The position numbers and the translations under genes were made by a program. Positions 46,579-56,752 of a stretch of 64,000 nucleotides of DNA are shown piece after piece. Location: IMG/VR virus record IMGVR_UViG_3300037541_000696, positions 14,500-78,499 of that record; one strand, 5' to 3'. The number at the start of each line of letters is the position of its first letter. The stretch's first letter is position 1. The notes below the pieces were generated by a model. The model saw only the letters and a list, made by a program, of their open reading frames with translations, was not told the DNA's origin and searched no databases. Source of the DNA: a virus.

Positions 46579-46977
46579 ATGGGACTTGATCTTTCTATCG
46601 ACGTTTTTTCAGGTGGTTATGTTGCGTTCGACCGGCTGCGTGCGTTCATTTGTGAGGCTACTGGCGGTAGCTGGCCGCCTCATTCTGATCAAACATTAGA
46701 TCCTGAGATTTGGTATATTGATGATGCGTTTAGCAAAAGTACTCATCCTGGGCTTTGGGAGCTTTTGTCACATTCAGATAGCATGGGTGAAATTAGTCCA
46801 TCGCTATGTGCATCATTAGCAAAGGATCTGGAAGAATTGCTGCCGGCCATGATTAAAATGGACTCAATTGGTCAGGGTCATATTGCAAACAATGGAGGAT
46901 ATGTTCCGATTGTGAAAAAATTGATTATTGGATGCAAGGCTGCTGCTGATATGGGTGAGCCTTTGTGTTTTAGGTGA
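46579..46977 (+). CDS. conserved phage protein (MGLD..LLSHSDxxGEI)
   Basis: Recognisable phage motif; function unknown. Confidence 0.65.
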   Translation: MGLDLSIDVFSGGYVAFDRLRAFICEATGGSWPPHSDQTLDPEIWYIDDAFSKSTHPGLWELLSHSDSMGEISPSLCASLAKDLEELLPAMIKMDSIGQGHIANNGGYVPIVKKLIIGCKAAADMGEPLCFR

Positions 46978-46978
46978 T

Positions 46979-46995
46979 TGCGACAGTTTGTTACG
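46979..46995 (+). promoter_or_regulatory. tandem-box promoter
   Basis: TGCGACA-gtt-TGTTACG, 29 nt from TAGGAT (47025-47030), then a leader hairpin. Confidence 0.7.
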
Positions 46996-47079
46996 GATCT
47001 TGGCTGTTGGCAGGATGCGTGCCTTAGGATCAGTGCATCGGGCGGAAAAATCTGCTCGGCATTCCTTGCGTCTTAATTC

Positions 47080-47319
47080 ATGGTTACTACCGCCCCTTTG
47101 CTTTCTGTTGGCACGTTTGGGGTTCATTTAATTAAGTCTTCTACTGGTTTTTCTTTTGTTGGTGCTGTACCTACTGGCATCAAAGTTGGTGGCTATAGCA
47201 GCATTGAAGATGGAATCGCGGCATTTGTTCGTTGGTTCAAATCACAAGATGCTTCTTTCCAGCGTGAGCATGTTGGCAATCTTCGCAATGATGTATTTGT
47301 GATGATGTTTGCTTCTTGA
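47080..47319 (+). CDS. small early hypothetical protein
   Basis: Directly under the tandem-box promoter. Confidence 0.65.
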   Translation: MVTTAPLLSVGTFGVHLIKSSTGFSFVGAVPTGIKVGGYSSIEDGIAAFVRWFKSQDASFQREHVGNLRNDVFVMMFAS

Positions 47320-47332
47320 TTAGCCTCGTGCA

Positions 47333-47674
47333 TTGCCTCAATCCTTTTCTGGCACCATCTACCCCTTCTGCATCATGATTTTTGAAGCGCAGCGCCTTCG
47401 CAATCTGACAACCGAAAGATTGCACACTAAGATGGATGATATTTATACGGATATTTGCTTGGTAATGGGTCTACCTTCAATTATGACTCATTCTCTTCCT
47501 GCTGCAAACAAAGCAATTGCTCCGTGGCTGCACAAGCACGTTAAAGAGCCATCTTTTTGGGATGGCAGCTACAATCCTGGGTTAAAAGGTATCGTTTACT
47601 TGCCAGATCCAACACCCGAAGAACAACAAGAAATGAAAACACTTTGGATAGCTGAATTAAATGACATTTCCTGA
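47333..47674 (+). CDS. hypothetical protein
   Basis: AQRLRNLTTxRLHT motif; true start probably MIFEAQ. Confidence 0.6.
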   Translation: MPQSFSGTIYPFCIMIFEAQRLRNLTTERLHTKMDDIYTDICLVMGLPSIMTHSLPAANKAIAPWLHKHVKEPSFWDGSYNPGLKGIVYLPDPTPEEQQEMKTLWIAELNDIS

Positions 47675-47746
47675 CCTAGCCTTCATCATATTTAGCTTTC
47701 TGCCTGCCGGAGCTTTTCCTGTATCATTTCCCTCGCTCGAATCATC

Positions 47747-47977
47747 ATGACCACTTCTGTCAAATACGGCTTTTATTCTGAAATTGCGGCAAAACAGTTT
47801 GGAACTTTTATTTACCTTGATACAAACAACAAAGAAGTGGAAGTAACAAACATATCCTTAGATCAATTATGTAGCGGGTATCACTTTGCCGATAAGGTTT
47901 GCCTAGGGCAGGTGACGACTTTTGTTCGCAAAGGGCGAAGAGGCAACGATAGCTGGCTTAAAACTTTTGTGACATAA
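47747..47977 (+). CDS. hypothetical protein
   Basis: ORF track. Confidence 0.55.
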   Translation: MTTSVKYGFYSEIAAKQFGTFIYLDTNNKEVEVTNISLDQLCSGYHFADKVCLGQVTTFVRKGRRGNDSWLKTFVT

Positions 47978-48287
47978 AATGACACTCTCCGATCTAGTTT
48001 TCATTCTGGCCCTTCACTGCTCACTCATTCCAATCATTATCGCCACCAATGTCATCCTCTCCAAGGAAAACGTTTAATGATGTTTCAAAGTGTGTTGGTT
48101 TTGAACTGACGAAAAGAGTGCTCCATCAAGATTGCCTTGATTGCCAACTTAGGCAAGGTCATTCATTAGAACATCAAAATCTTTTTGCTATTGACAGGAA
48201 AGAATTTTTGAACAATCGTTGCCCTTACAGGGTCTGATCACAATGCTTAATTTGATCTGCTAGGATTAGCAAAATCACTCAAGCACT

Positions 48288-51200
48288 GTGTCTGATTTTC
48301 CAGCGTCCGCACCTGCTGCTAATCCAGTCTTCTATCGCACTTACAGTCGAAAGGGTGCGCACGGTCGTGAAAGTTGGCAGCAGGTTGTAGATCGCAATCT
48401 GAGCGGGCTGGCGAAGGTTGGCAGACTCACGGATGACCAGGTTGCCTTGCTGCGCAGGATGCAACTGGAGCAAAAAGCATTGCCGTCCGGTCGCTGGCTT
48501 TGGGTTGGTGGTACAGAATGGATCGAAAAACCAGAAAATGTAAGCGGTGCATATAATTGCACATCAACCGATCTAGTTGATTGGCGTGCATTTGCTCTGA
48601 TGATGGATCTAGCGATGATGGGTAGTGGAACTGGTGCCATCATTGAACCACGCATGGTTGATATGTTGCCAGTGATTCGGAATAGGTTGAATGTAACAGT
48701 TATTGGGGAATTTGGGGACAAGCCTTCTGATCCTGATACAACGTTTAAGCTTGATGCTACTAATGAATCGCTGCAAAATTGGTTTTTGGAGCCAGTTTTG
48801 GGACTTGGTCGCAGTGCGTCGATTCCTGCTGTAGCAATCGAAGTTGGCGATAGCCGCAAGGGATGGGTTGATGCCTATTGGAAAATGTTTGACCTGGCCA
48901 GCAATCCTTTTGATGTGTACCGGGGGGCAGGTAACACCGAAATTTGCGTAACAGTTGATGTTTCAAAAGTCCGCCCATCTGGTGAGCCTTTGAAAGGTTT
49001 TGGCGGCACAGCAAATCCAGTGAGGCTAAAGGATTTGTTTGTTAAAATGGCTGCGATTTTTAACAAAGCTCAAGGTAGGAAGCTTACATCAGTTGAATGT
49101 TGTTTGCTTATAGATGAAGCGGCGTTAGTTGTAGTTGCCGGTAACGTACGTCGCTCAGCCGGAATACGTCAATTCAGCGCAAATGATATTGAAGCAAGTA
49201 TAGCAAAAGACAGCCTATGGCAGCAAGATGAAGATGGTAATTGGCGCATTGATCCTGAGCGTGATGCTTTGCGCATGGCGAATCATACCTTAGTTTATCA
49301 TCATTATCCGACAAAAGAAGAAATTGTAGATTCTGTGCGGAGGCAATTCCTATCAGGCGAAGGTGCAATTATGTTTGCTCCTGAAGCTATTGCGCGTGCA
49401 AATCGAGACATCTTGCCTGATCGGCAGTTGCAGAGTGATTTTATCTCAGCTTATTGCGACCATAAGCAAAGTGGTGCTGAGATGCTTAAAAGATTGGATC
49501 CAGATTGCGTGGAAGATGATAAAAAATTGGAGCATAGAATGGGGAGATATGGTATCAATCCTTGCTTTGCGCCTGGCACCATGGTGATGACGCGTGATGG
49601 GCATTATCCTATTGAATCGCTTGTGGGCAAGACTGTTGAAATTCATGATGGGCAAAAATGGGTAAAAGTTGATAACTTTCGCGTGACCGGAAATGATCAG
49701 CCTGTTTTTGATGTAATGCTGCATTCTGGACAGGTAATTACTGCTACTGAGTATCACAAATTTATTCTTAAAAACGGGAAAAGAGTCAAGCTGGAAGATC
49801 TAAAGCCCGGAATGGAGCTTGCGTCAAGCGATGTGCGCGTTCATGGAACGGTTTCAGTCAAGGGAGCATACCTAAAAGGCTTTCTTATTGGCGATGGGAC
49901 AAGTGATGCAAACCTTGGTATACCAATTTGCAAGGTTTACGAGCCTAAGCGCATGTGTGTTAATCGCCTAATTGAATCTCAGGTGGAAATTGGAGTACAA
50001 GACCTTGTAGCTGCGAATGGTCGTCGTGTTGGTGATATTCTTGGCCTTACGGATGCTGGATATTTGCGAGCGTTGAACACTCCTATGGAGGAAAAGCTGT
50101 TACCATGGTGTTCTGTCTATAAGCATGAATTTCCGGTTGAAGTGTATAACTGGACAGATCGCGCAAAGGCTGATTTTATTGCTGGTTTGTTTGATGCTGA
50201 TGGGACATTTATGGATACAAAAAATGGATTCGCATATCAACTTACATCAGTGTCGCGAAAATTTCTTGAGGGATTTGGTATTTTGCTAACCGGGATGGGA
50301 ATCAAGTGGAAGATTGGTCCCGTTCGCAAGGGCGGAGTAAAGGACTGGGGTGAACGCGGTGGTATTTGCAATGCACAAGATACCTATCGTTTGACAATTC
50401 CTCAATCTGGATCCATAGCGCTGTCAAGGCTGGTAACATTTGAAAGGCTTAAAAGTGCATCTAATAAGTCAACCATTAACAAAGTGCGAAACAAGGGCAA
50501 TGTAATCAGCTCTGTTGAATTTTCACACATTGCTCCCGCTGTCTATTGCTGCACTGTTCCTATAACTCATTCATTCATTCTTTCAGGTGGTCAGCTAGTT
50601 GGGCAGTGCGGCGAAATCGAAGGTAAAAACTTTCACTGTAACCTAGCAGAAGTGCACCTAAATCGCATATCACCAGCTGATCATGCTGAGCAGAAAAATG
50701 CTTTCACGGCGGCTGCATTGTCTGTTGCTGCATTGTTGCATCATAAGTTTCAAGAACCGCGTTATCAGTACAGCAGGGAGATTGATCCTATTGTTGGCGT
50801 GAGCTTTACCGGATTGTTTGACTTTTTTGTTGAGGCATTTGGTGTATCATGGCTTGAATGGTGGGCAAAGGGCCGGCCTGATACAGATGAAGGAGTTGCA
50901 TATAAAGAAGTGGAGGCGAATTATCTTAAGCGCTGGCGCGAAATTGTGGAAGAAACCATCAAGAAGTATTGCGGCCGCCATGGATTGAATTGTCCTAATC
51001 GGATGACAACATGCCAGCCTGCAGGCACCAAGAGCCTGCTCACGGGCGCATCTCCCGGCTGGCATCCGCCGAAGGCGCAGCGGTTCATTCGCCGCATCAC
51101 CTTCCGCAAGAACGATCCCGTGGCCCTGGCCTGCCTGGAATACGGCTACAGCATTGTGCCCAGCCAGAGCGACAAGGATGAGCAGGGCCGCCTATTGGAT

Positions 51201-51680
51201 GATCCCTTCGATCCTCGATGCACGGAATGGCTGGTAGAGATCCCAACTGAGGTGAGCTGGGCGAATTTGCCAGGGGCGGATAAGATCAGGATTGATCAGT
51301 TTTCAGCGCTTGCGCAATTTGACTTCTACATGCAAGTACAGATGCACTATACAATGCATAACACATCTGCCACGATTGAGTTTAGGGAACATGAAATTGA
51401 GCCCTTGGCTAACAAGATTCATGATGCAATCGTGAATCACAGGGGTTACATCTCCGCCGCGTTGTTAGCTCGCTTTGATGCAAACGAAACATTCCCCCGC
51501 TTGCCCTTTGAGCCGATCGACAAGGCAGCATACGAGCGGCTTCGTGAAGAAGTATTACAGCGTCGCAAGGGTGACGACTTCTTTGGTTTGCTCCGAGCCT
51601 ATGATGGCGGTAGTTTGGTGGAGGCTGGCCCAGCAGGGTGTGACTCGGATAAGTGCTTGCTACCGCAGGTTAAAAAGTGA
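48288..51680 (+). CDS. nrdJ: class II (B12-dependent) ribonucleotide reductase with intein
   Basis: FYRTYSR, LPSGRWLWVGG, YNCT, GNVRRSA, NP|C..|CGEI, QPAGTKSLL, HNTSATI, C-terminal GCDSDKC. Confidence 0.95.
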   Translation: MSDFPASAPAANPVFYRTYSRKGAHGRESWQQVVDRNLSGLAKVGRLTDDQVALLRRMQLEQKALPSGRWLWVGGTEWIEKPENVSGAYNCTSTDLVDWRAFALMMDLAMMGSGTGAIIEPRMVDMLPVIRNRLNVTVIGEFGDKPSDPDTTFKLDATNESLQNWFLEPVLGLGRSASIPAVAIEVGDSRKGWVDAYWKMFDLASNPFDVYRGAGNTEICVTVDVSKVRPSGEPLKGFGGTANPVRLKDLFVKMAAIFNKAQGRKLTSVECCLLIDEAALVVVAGNVRRSAGIRQFSANDIEASIAKDSLWQQDEDGNWRIDPERDALRMANHTLVYHHYPTKEEIVDSVRRQFLSGEGAIMFAPEAIARANRDILPDRQLQSDFISAYCDHKQSGAEMLKRLDPDCVEDDKKLEHRMGRYGINPCFAPGTMVMTRDGHYPIESLVGKTVEIHDGQKWVKVDNFRVTGNDQPVFDVMLHSGQVITATEYHKFILKNGKRVKLEDLKPGMELASSDVRVHGTVSVKGAYLKGFLIGDGTSDANLGIPICKVYEPKRMCVNRLIESQVEIGVQDLVAANGRRVGDILGLTDAGYLRALNTPMEEKLLPWCSVYKHEFPVEVYNWTDRAKADFIAGLFDADGTFMDTKNGFAYQLTSVSRKFLEGFGILLTGMGIKWKIGPVRKGGVKDWGERGGICNAQDTYRLTIPQSGSIALSRLVTFERLKSASNKSTINKVRNKGNVISSVEFSHIAPAVYCCTVPITHSFILSGGQLVGQCGEIEGKNFHCNLAEVHLNRISPADHAEQKNAFTAAALSVAALLHHKFQEPRYQYSREIDPIVGVSFTGLFDFFVEAFGVSWLEWWAKGRPDTDEGVAYKEVEANYLKRWREIVEETIKKYCGRHGLNCPNRMTTCQPAGTKSLLTGASPGWHPPKAQRFIRRITFRKNDPVALACLEYGYSIVPSQSDKDEQGRLLDDPFDPRCTEWLVEIPTEVSWANLPGADKIRIDQFSALAQFDFYMQVQMHYTMHNTSATIEFREHEIEPLANKIHDAIVNHRGYISAALLARFDANETFPRLPFEPIDKAAYERLREEVLQRRKGDDFFGLLRAYDGGSLVEAGPAGCDSDKCLLPQVKK
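49563..50606 (+). mobile_element. intein (348 aa) with LAGLIDADG endonuclease in nrdJ
   Basis: CFAPGTMV, ATEYHKF, LKGFLIGDG, FIAGLFDADG, VYCCTV..LVGQ|CGE. Confidence 0.92.
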
Positions 51681-51689
51681 ACCGTTTTT

Positions 51690-51914
51690 ATGATTTTTAC
51701 CATGAAAAATCCTCGCATTTTTAGCATTCCATGCGTTTACGCGTCCTATTCTTCCAATAGTAACGGCCAAAGACTAGGACAGTTTATTTACAATTACTTT
51801 AGAGAAAAGTTTCCAGATACAAAAATCCCAGATGAAGTAGATTGTTTTGATAATGATGATCTAATTTCGGATTTTCTTGCCTTTGCTCTTCTTTGCAATT
51901 CACAATCTTGTTAA
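51690..51914 (+). CDS. hypothetical protein (QRLGQF motif)
   Basis: ORF track. Confidence 0.5.
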   Translation: MIFTMKNPRIFSIPCVYASYSSNSNGQRLGQFIYNYFREKFPDTKIPDEVDCFDNDDLISDFLAFALLCNSQSC

Positions 51915-52005
51915 AACTGCCCCGTTTAATCATGACACTCTTCCGACAAGCGTATAAGCAAATAACAAAGTAACCCACCATTATTAAACCATTGCCCCTT
52001 TTATC

Positions 52006-52311
52006 ATGGAGCCATTTTCGCTTGAACGACTTTTTTCTGATGACAAAGAACACGAAATTAACAAAAAAATTGATAAGTACAAAGATCATTGTGAATGGCT
52101 GCGTTCAACTGAGTTTGGTGCAAGGGTGGAAAAATTAAAAGCGTTTTTAAAGTGGGAACTGAGCCAAACATTGAATCGTGCAGACCAGCTTGGGCTTAGG
52201 GGGGTTGAGGGCGAAAGTGGTGTGCTGGATGATGCTATATTTGAATTGTATCAATCCGTTATTTCTGAGCAAATGGCAACACAAAAGGTGGCTGATTTTT
52301 TAGGTTTCTAA
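52006..52311 (+). CDS. hypothetical protein
   Basis: ORF track. Confidence 0.55.
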   Translation: MEPFSLERLFSDDKEHEINKKIDKYKDHCEWLRSTEFGARVEKLKAFLKWELSQTLNRADQLGLRGVEGESGVLDDAIFELYQSVISEQMATQKVADFLGF

Positions 52312-52345
52312 ACAAAAACCATTAACCTATTTGGTTGCTTAAACC

Positions 52346-52873
52346 ATGCAGTTTCAACCTTTTCATCAACGCGTAATTGACGAAAAACGCGAACTTGATA
52401 AAATTAATGAAAGGCTTGCAAAGCTTAATGCTTTCATTAAAGCCGATACGTTTCAAAGTCTTGATAGGATTGATCAGATCTTGTTAAGGCGTCAATTGTG
52501 GACCATGCAAGAATATAGCAAAACTCTTGAACTTAGGATTAAGAAGTTTTCAATAACCGACAAGCACATTAAAGCCATGATCAAAAGTGCATCTCACTCT
52601 ACATCAGTCCGCGAGCAACTTGCTCACGAACCAGTCTTTTTACCAGATGAATTTCCATTCGAGAATGGCAAAGGTGGCAGCCCTGTTGCCCCAACTCGTC
52701 ATCAGGTTGAATTATGGGTGGCTGAAGGAGGGAACTTGTCTGCCTCGCCCGATGATCCTCCTCATGGTAGACGAGACAAGAATGACCTGATTGCCACCCG
52801 TGCATATCAAGCCGGGTTTGATGCTGGAATTATGTCTGTGATTTTTGGCGACGATCTAAATAAGCAGCAATGA
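52346..52873 (+). CDS. crAss001_48-like helical domain fused to an unknown domain (candidate nucleotide-signal sponge)
   Basis: QRVIDEKRELD..LAKLNAFI..F..L..LLRRQLWTMQEYSKTLELRI matches the family pattern. Confidence 0.65.
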   Translation: MQFQPFHQRVIDEKRELDKINERLAKLNAFIKADTFQSLDRIDQILLRRQLWTMQEYSKTLELRIKKFSITDKHIKAMIKSASHSTSVREQLAHEPVFLPDEFPFENGKGGSPVAPTRHQVELWVAEGGNLSASPDDPPHGRRDKNDLIATRAYQAGFDAGIMSVIFGDDLNKQQ

Positions 52874-53071
52874 TTCACCTAAACTCTCTAAACCCATGCC
52901 CCGGTATTATCTACGAAGAAGAAGGCGATATGTATGAAGAATGCGAAACATGCCTTAGGCGCAAGGTATCTAACGGACTGCCGCCGATTGAACCGCCAAA
53001 AATCATTGCGCTGTGGTGTGAATACGGCGTGCATGAATAGATGCTATCATAAGGTGTCTGCGGGTTTGATC

Positions 53072-53347
53072 ATGACCGTTAAAATCGGCAAAGAATCATT
53101 TGAAGGGTATAACAAGCCTAAGCGCACGCCTAGTCACCCAAAGAAAAGTCATGCCGTAGCAGCAAAGGAGAAGGGCAAGGTTAAGCTCTTGCGATTTGGT
53201 CAGCAAGGCGTCAGCGGGTCGCCAAAACGCACGGGCGAGAGCCAGGCGGACAAGGATCGCCGCGCAAGATTCAAGGCACGCCATGCGTCCAATATCAAGA
53301 AAGGTAAAATGAGCGCTGCTTATTGGGCCAACAAGGTAAAGTGGTGA
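53072..53347 (+). CDS. small basic protein (DUF6321-like)
   Basis: KLLRFGQQG..RRARFKARH..SAAYWANKVKW; TGcTATCAT -10 upstream. Confidence 0.7.
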   Translation: MTVKIGKESFEGYNKPKRTPSHPKKSHAVAAKEKGKVKLLRFGQQGVSGSPKRTGESQADKDRRARFKARHASNIKKGKMSAAYWANKVKW

Positions 53348-53760
53348 CGCCAAAAATCCCCGGCTGGGGCCTTGCATCAGCGATGATCATTGAAACACGC
53401 AAAGCGCCAAATGGGCACACGCAGGCCTGTGTTTTACCTCCAGAGCACGAGGCACCTTTTTGGGTGGATTTGCGGGAAGTCGGCCGATTTGGGGGCAGAT
53501 TCATCTATGATGATGGGGCACCTTTGATTCAGGAGGCAAGTGAAAACGGTTCCAGTGAAGATTCAGATTAAGGATGATGTTGTCAAGCGAATGGATGAAA
53601 TACTGATAGACTGTTCAGATGAACAAATCTATTCAGGTTGTTCTAATCTTGAATACTACGCACATCTTTTTTGCAAGCATCAGCTAATTCGTGCTCGCGC
53701 TAAGCGCAAAGCCAGGGCAAAAAATAAAGCGATTCGTCCTAGGTTGATCAAAGGTTAATC

Positions 53761-53979
53761 ATGGAATCTTTTGGTGACAAGTCTCTTTACGAAATGATTC
53801 AAGATCTTAAGTCCAGGGTGGAGGCCCTAGAAGGGTTGCGCCAGCAGTCGCAATACCAAGGATCATTAAGCGATCAAATGAAAAGGCTTATTCAAATTGC
53901 CAATCATCTTGGAATGTATGACGCTGCTGATTATATAATAAAATTTGTAACGACACTGCAAAGAACGGAGGATGCTTAG
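53761..53979 (+). CDS. hypothetical protein
   Basis: ORF track. Confidence 0.55.
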   Translation: MESFGDKSLYEMIQDLKSRVEALEGLRQQSQYQGSLSDQMKRLIQIANHLGMYDAADYIIKFVTTLQRTEDA

Positions 53980-54004
53980 TTATGATTGAAGGTGTTCAAA
54001 TGCT

Positions 54005-54463
54005 TTGTGCTTTGCAGTGAGCAGCATCGAAAAATTACTTTCTAGGGTCGATGTACTTCTAGACGGCATCGACCGCTCTGAGGATGACCCGTTAGGGGGA
54101 TGGTGGCAGTCGTCTGACGGCGCCAGGGTTGGCCGCATCAAGCTGCGCGAACTAAAGGATCTAATTAGGGAAAAGACGAAGACTGAAGCTGATGCGATTT
54201 CTATTGCAAAGCTAGCTCTTGTTGCATCTGCAAAAATTAACTGCCTGCGCGAGTGGGATGCCACAAATGATCCACCTTGTCATCCAAGTGATGACGGATG
54301 GGAGGGTTGTGGTCTATGCGTTAAAAGCGCAGGCCTTGCGGCTGCGTTTCGCATTATTGCGGATCACGTAGATCTTAAATCAAAGCAAATGATTCTCAAT
54401 GCCGCTGACTATCTTGACGGCAAAATTCAAACACAAAAGGAGACCGCTAATGCTAATGCCTGA
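54005..54463 (+). CDS. hypothetical (fused) protein
   Basis: ORF track. Confidence 0.5.
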   Translation: MCFAVSSIEKLLSRVDVLLDGIDRSEDDPLGGWWQSSDGARVGRIKLRELKDLIREKTKTEADAISIAKLALVASAKINCLREWDATNDPPCHPSDDGWEGCGLCVKSAGLAAAFRIIADHVDLKSKQMILNAADYLDGKIQTQKETANANA

Positions 54464-55724
54464 TCTTTCTCCAAAAATCGGCCATATCCTTCGCCTTGCG
54501 GAAATAATCCGCGATGTGGATAGATCTCACAGCCTGGGCGCCAGTGCCCTGGCCGAGGCCATCCTCGCCCACCCTGGCAGCAGGTGGCAGCCGGCCGAGG
54601 AATCCCCTGACCGCCTCCGCCAATGCCCCACCCACGGCCAACAACCCGCCAATGCCTGGGCTTGTCCCGAGTGCCTGCGGGAACTGCGGGAATGCCGTGA
54701 CGCGGTGCCGCCTAGGGCCATCGAAGTGAGAAGATGGATTGAAAACTCTAAGCACTACGAGGAAGGCGGCAATCCTCCTGAGTTTGATTGTGGAGAATTT
54801 GTTTTTTGCGTTGAACATGTTGCGGATATTGTTATTGACGCACTGAAGCACTGGGGGCAGGCGGCTAAAAGATCCCCAGACCCGACTGCCTTAGATCTAC
54901 TGCGCCAAACGCTAATGCTCCTGCCTGGCGATTCTGGTCTTCTGCAGGAAGTTGGAAACTATTTGCAAAAATTCCCGCCATGTGCGGACTGTGGCGCCAT
55001 GACCGAAGCGAAGACTGAGCGCACCTGCCTAGGTAGCAGCGCCGATGATGACTGCCATGGTTGCGAGCTGTGGCCAGACGATAAACCCCAGTCCACCGTC
55101 GACGCCAGCGACCGCCCCGGCTGTCCGCGCGAGCTGCCCACCGCCGAAGAGGTTCAGACCTGGCTAGACGTGGACCCAGATGTGAAGTTTCCGGTGTTCC
55201 TCGCTGACCCGGACACCCCCAGCGACGATTTTCTGGCCTATCCCGCCTATGAGGTTCCCGCCATCATCCTGGCCGCCCTAAGGCGCTGGGGCTGTGATCC
55301 GCAATTCTCCGCCGAGGAGGTTGCGATGCTGGCCGCGCCGTGGTCCCTCCTGCCTCCCCCGCCAGCCCCAGCTGGTAGCTCGATCACAAACGGGCTTGAA
55401 AAGGTCCATGAGGGGATCGTGTCCGCTCCCATCCCGGTCAGTGAGCAAATGCCAGAACCTGGCATAAAAGTGATTGCTCACTATCTTAATGATTTAGGAA
55501 AAGGGCGAACCATCATGGCGGAATGGGTGCCAGCCAAATCGCACAAAAGCGATGATGCTGATGAAGATTTTGCCGAGTACGATGAAGAGTTCTATCGGCC
55601 TGAAGGATGGTATGAAGTAGTCGAAAATTCAAGTGATTATTGTGCGCTATTGGTTGACAATGAAGTCACTCACTGGCAATCACTGCCCGCATCACCCTAT
55701 CAAGACAAAAAAACTAATGGCTGA
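54399..55724 (+). CDS. mosaic multi-module protein with Zn-finger motifs and DUF551-like C-terminus
   Basis: CPTH..CPEC, CADC..CHGC, PIPVSEQMP..VTHWQSLP; alternating GC content. Confidence 0.65.
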   Translation: MPLTILTAKFKHKRRPLMLMPDLSPKIGHILRLAEIIRDVDRSHSLGASALAEAILAHPGSRWQPAEESPDRLRQCPTHGQQPANAWACPECLRELRECRDAVPPRAIEVRRWIENSKHYEEGGNPPEFDCGEFVFCVEHVADIVIDALKHWGQAAKRSPDPTALDLLRQTLMLLPGDSGLLQEVGNYLQKFPPCADCGAMTEAKTERTCLGSSADDDCHGCELWPDDKPQSTVDASDRPGCPRELPTAEEVQTWLDVDPDVKFPVFLADPDTPSDDFLAYPAYEVPAIILAALRRWGCDPQFSAEEVAMLAAPWSLLPPPPAPAGSSITNGLEKVHEGIVSAPIPVSEQMPEPGIKVIAHYLNDLGKGRTIMAEWVPAKSHKSDDADEDFAEYDEEFYRPEGWYEVVENSSDYCALLVDNEVTHWQSLPASPYQDKKTNG

Positions 55725-56199
55725 GCCCGACTTTCGCGCCTTGTGCGCAAAACTGCTGCAAGGATTGGACGAAAACCGCCACGAGGAGGTGCGCTATCCA
55801 GGCCACCTGAGGCTCGTGATGGCCGATGCTCGCGCGGCGCTGGGGCGGTCGTCGCCCGCCCCCACCCGCGACGAGTTGAACGGTGCCCTCGGGCCTGGCC
55901 CCACGGTGGAGGAAGTGGCTGCCGCCGCCGAGCAACTCGCGCAACCAGGTGCGCTGGGCACCTGGCGCCAGCTGGTGGTCAGGGCCGAGGAAGTGGCTGC
56001 CGCCGCCAAGCGGTTGGATGACGCCCAGCGCATCCAACGCCTTCGCCAAGCCCTCCGCGAGACGATTTCTGCTTGTGGTGGGCTGGCCGCAGAGCTGGCC
56101 ACAGAGAAGGCATCAGATGATTTCTTGTGTCAAGCTCCTTTAGAAGTCCGCATACAGCTGGCCAAGCTACGATACGGCAACAAATTGTATCCCTGGTAG
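55717..56199 (+). CDS. hypothetical protein (DFRALCAxL start, EEVAAAA repeated)
   Basis: Start MAEPDFR overlaps the previous stop. Confidence 0.6.
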   Translation: MAEPDFRALCAKLLQGLDENRHEEVRYPGHLRLVMADARAALGRSSPAPTRDELNGALGPGPTVEEVAAAAEQLAQPGALGTWRQLVVRAEEVAAAAKRLDDAQRIQRLRQALRETISACGGLAAELATEKASDDFLCQAPLEVRIQLAKLRYGNKLYPW

Positions 56200-56396
56200 C
56201 AATGTTGTACTCCCATTTGGGAATTCGTTCACGTATCTGCAATGATTGAAAGACGCAATGTTGAAATACTGAGAACGGCTGGGAGGTGGACTATGTGCCT
56301 TCCGTATTGGGCAATCCCCCACCCCCTTGCCTGCCCTGATGACCATTTTCGTGGCGCCACGCAAATGGTGAATGGCCACTTGCCCTCAAACAAAAC

Positions 56397-56699
56397 ATGA
56401 CCTCCACGGAACTACAGCAAAAATCACTGGCAGTGCTTGCTGCCATCGCTGATATGGTCTCTAACGGCGAGCAATTAACAATAGCGCAGGACTGGGGATA
56501 TGGTAGTGCTACGTTAATCAGTCAGGATGGTAGCCATACTCATGTAGGTGGCGATTGGGGAGAAACCAAAGAAGAAAATCTAACTATGTTTATCAATGGT
56601 CTTTATGATCAATTGGTAAATGTCCGAGGGCTTTCGTGGGCTGCTTCCAATAATGATCCTATATCAATCAAGCACGGGCTGCCGGTATCCGATGATTAA
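56397..56699 (+). CDS. hypothetical protein
   Basis: ORF track. Confidence 0.6.
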   Translation: MTSTELQQKSLAVLAAIADMVSNGEQLTIAQDWGYGSATLISQDGSHTHVGGDWGETKEENLTMFINGLYDQLVNVRGLSWAASNNDPISIKHGLPVSDD

Positions 56700-56752
56700 C
56701 TGGATCGTGGTACATGATCACCGACCGTAACACTGTGCAACACTTTGAGTAA

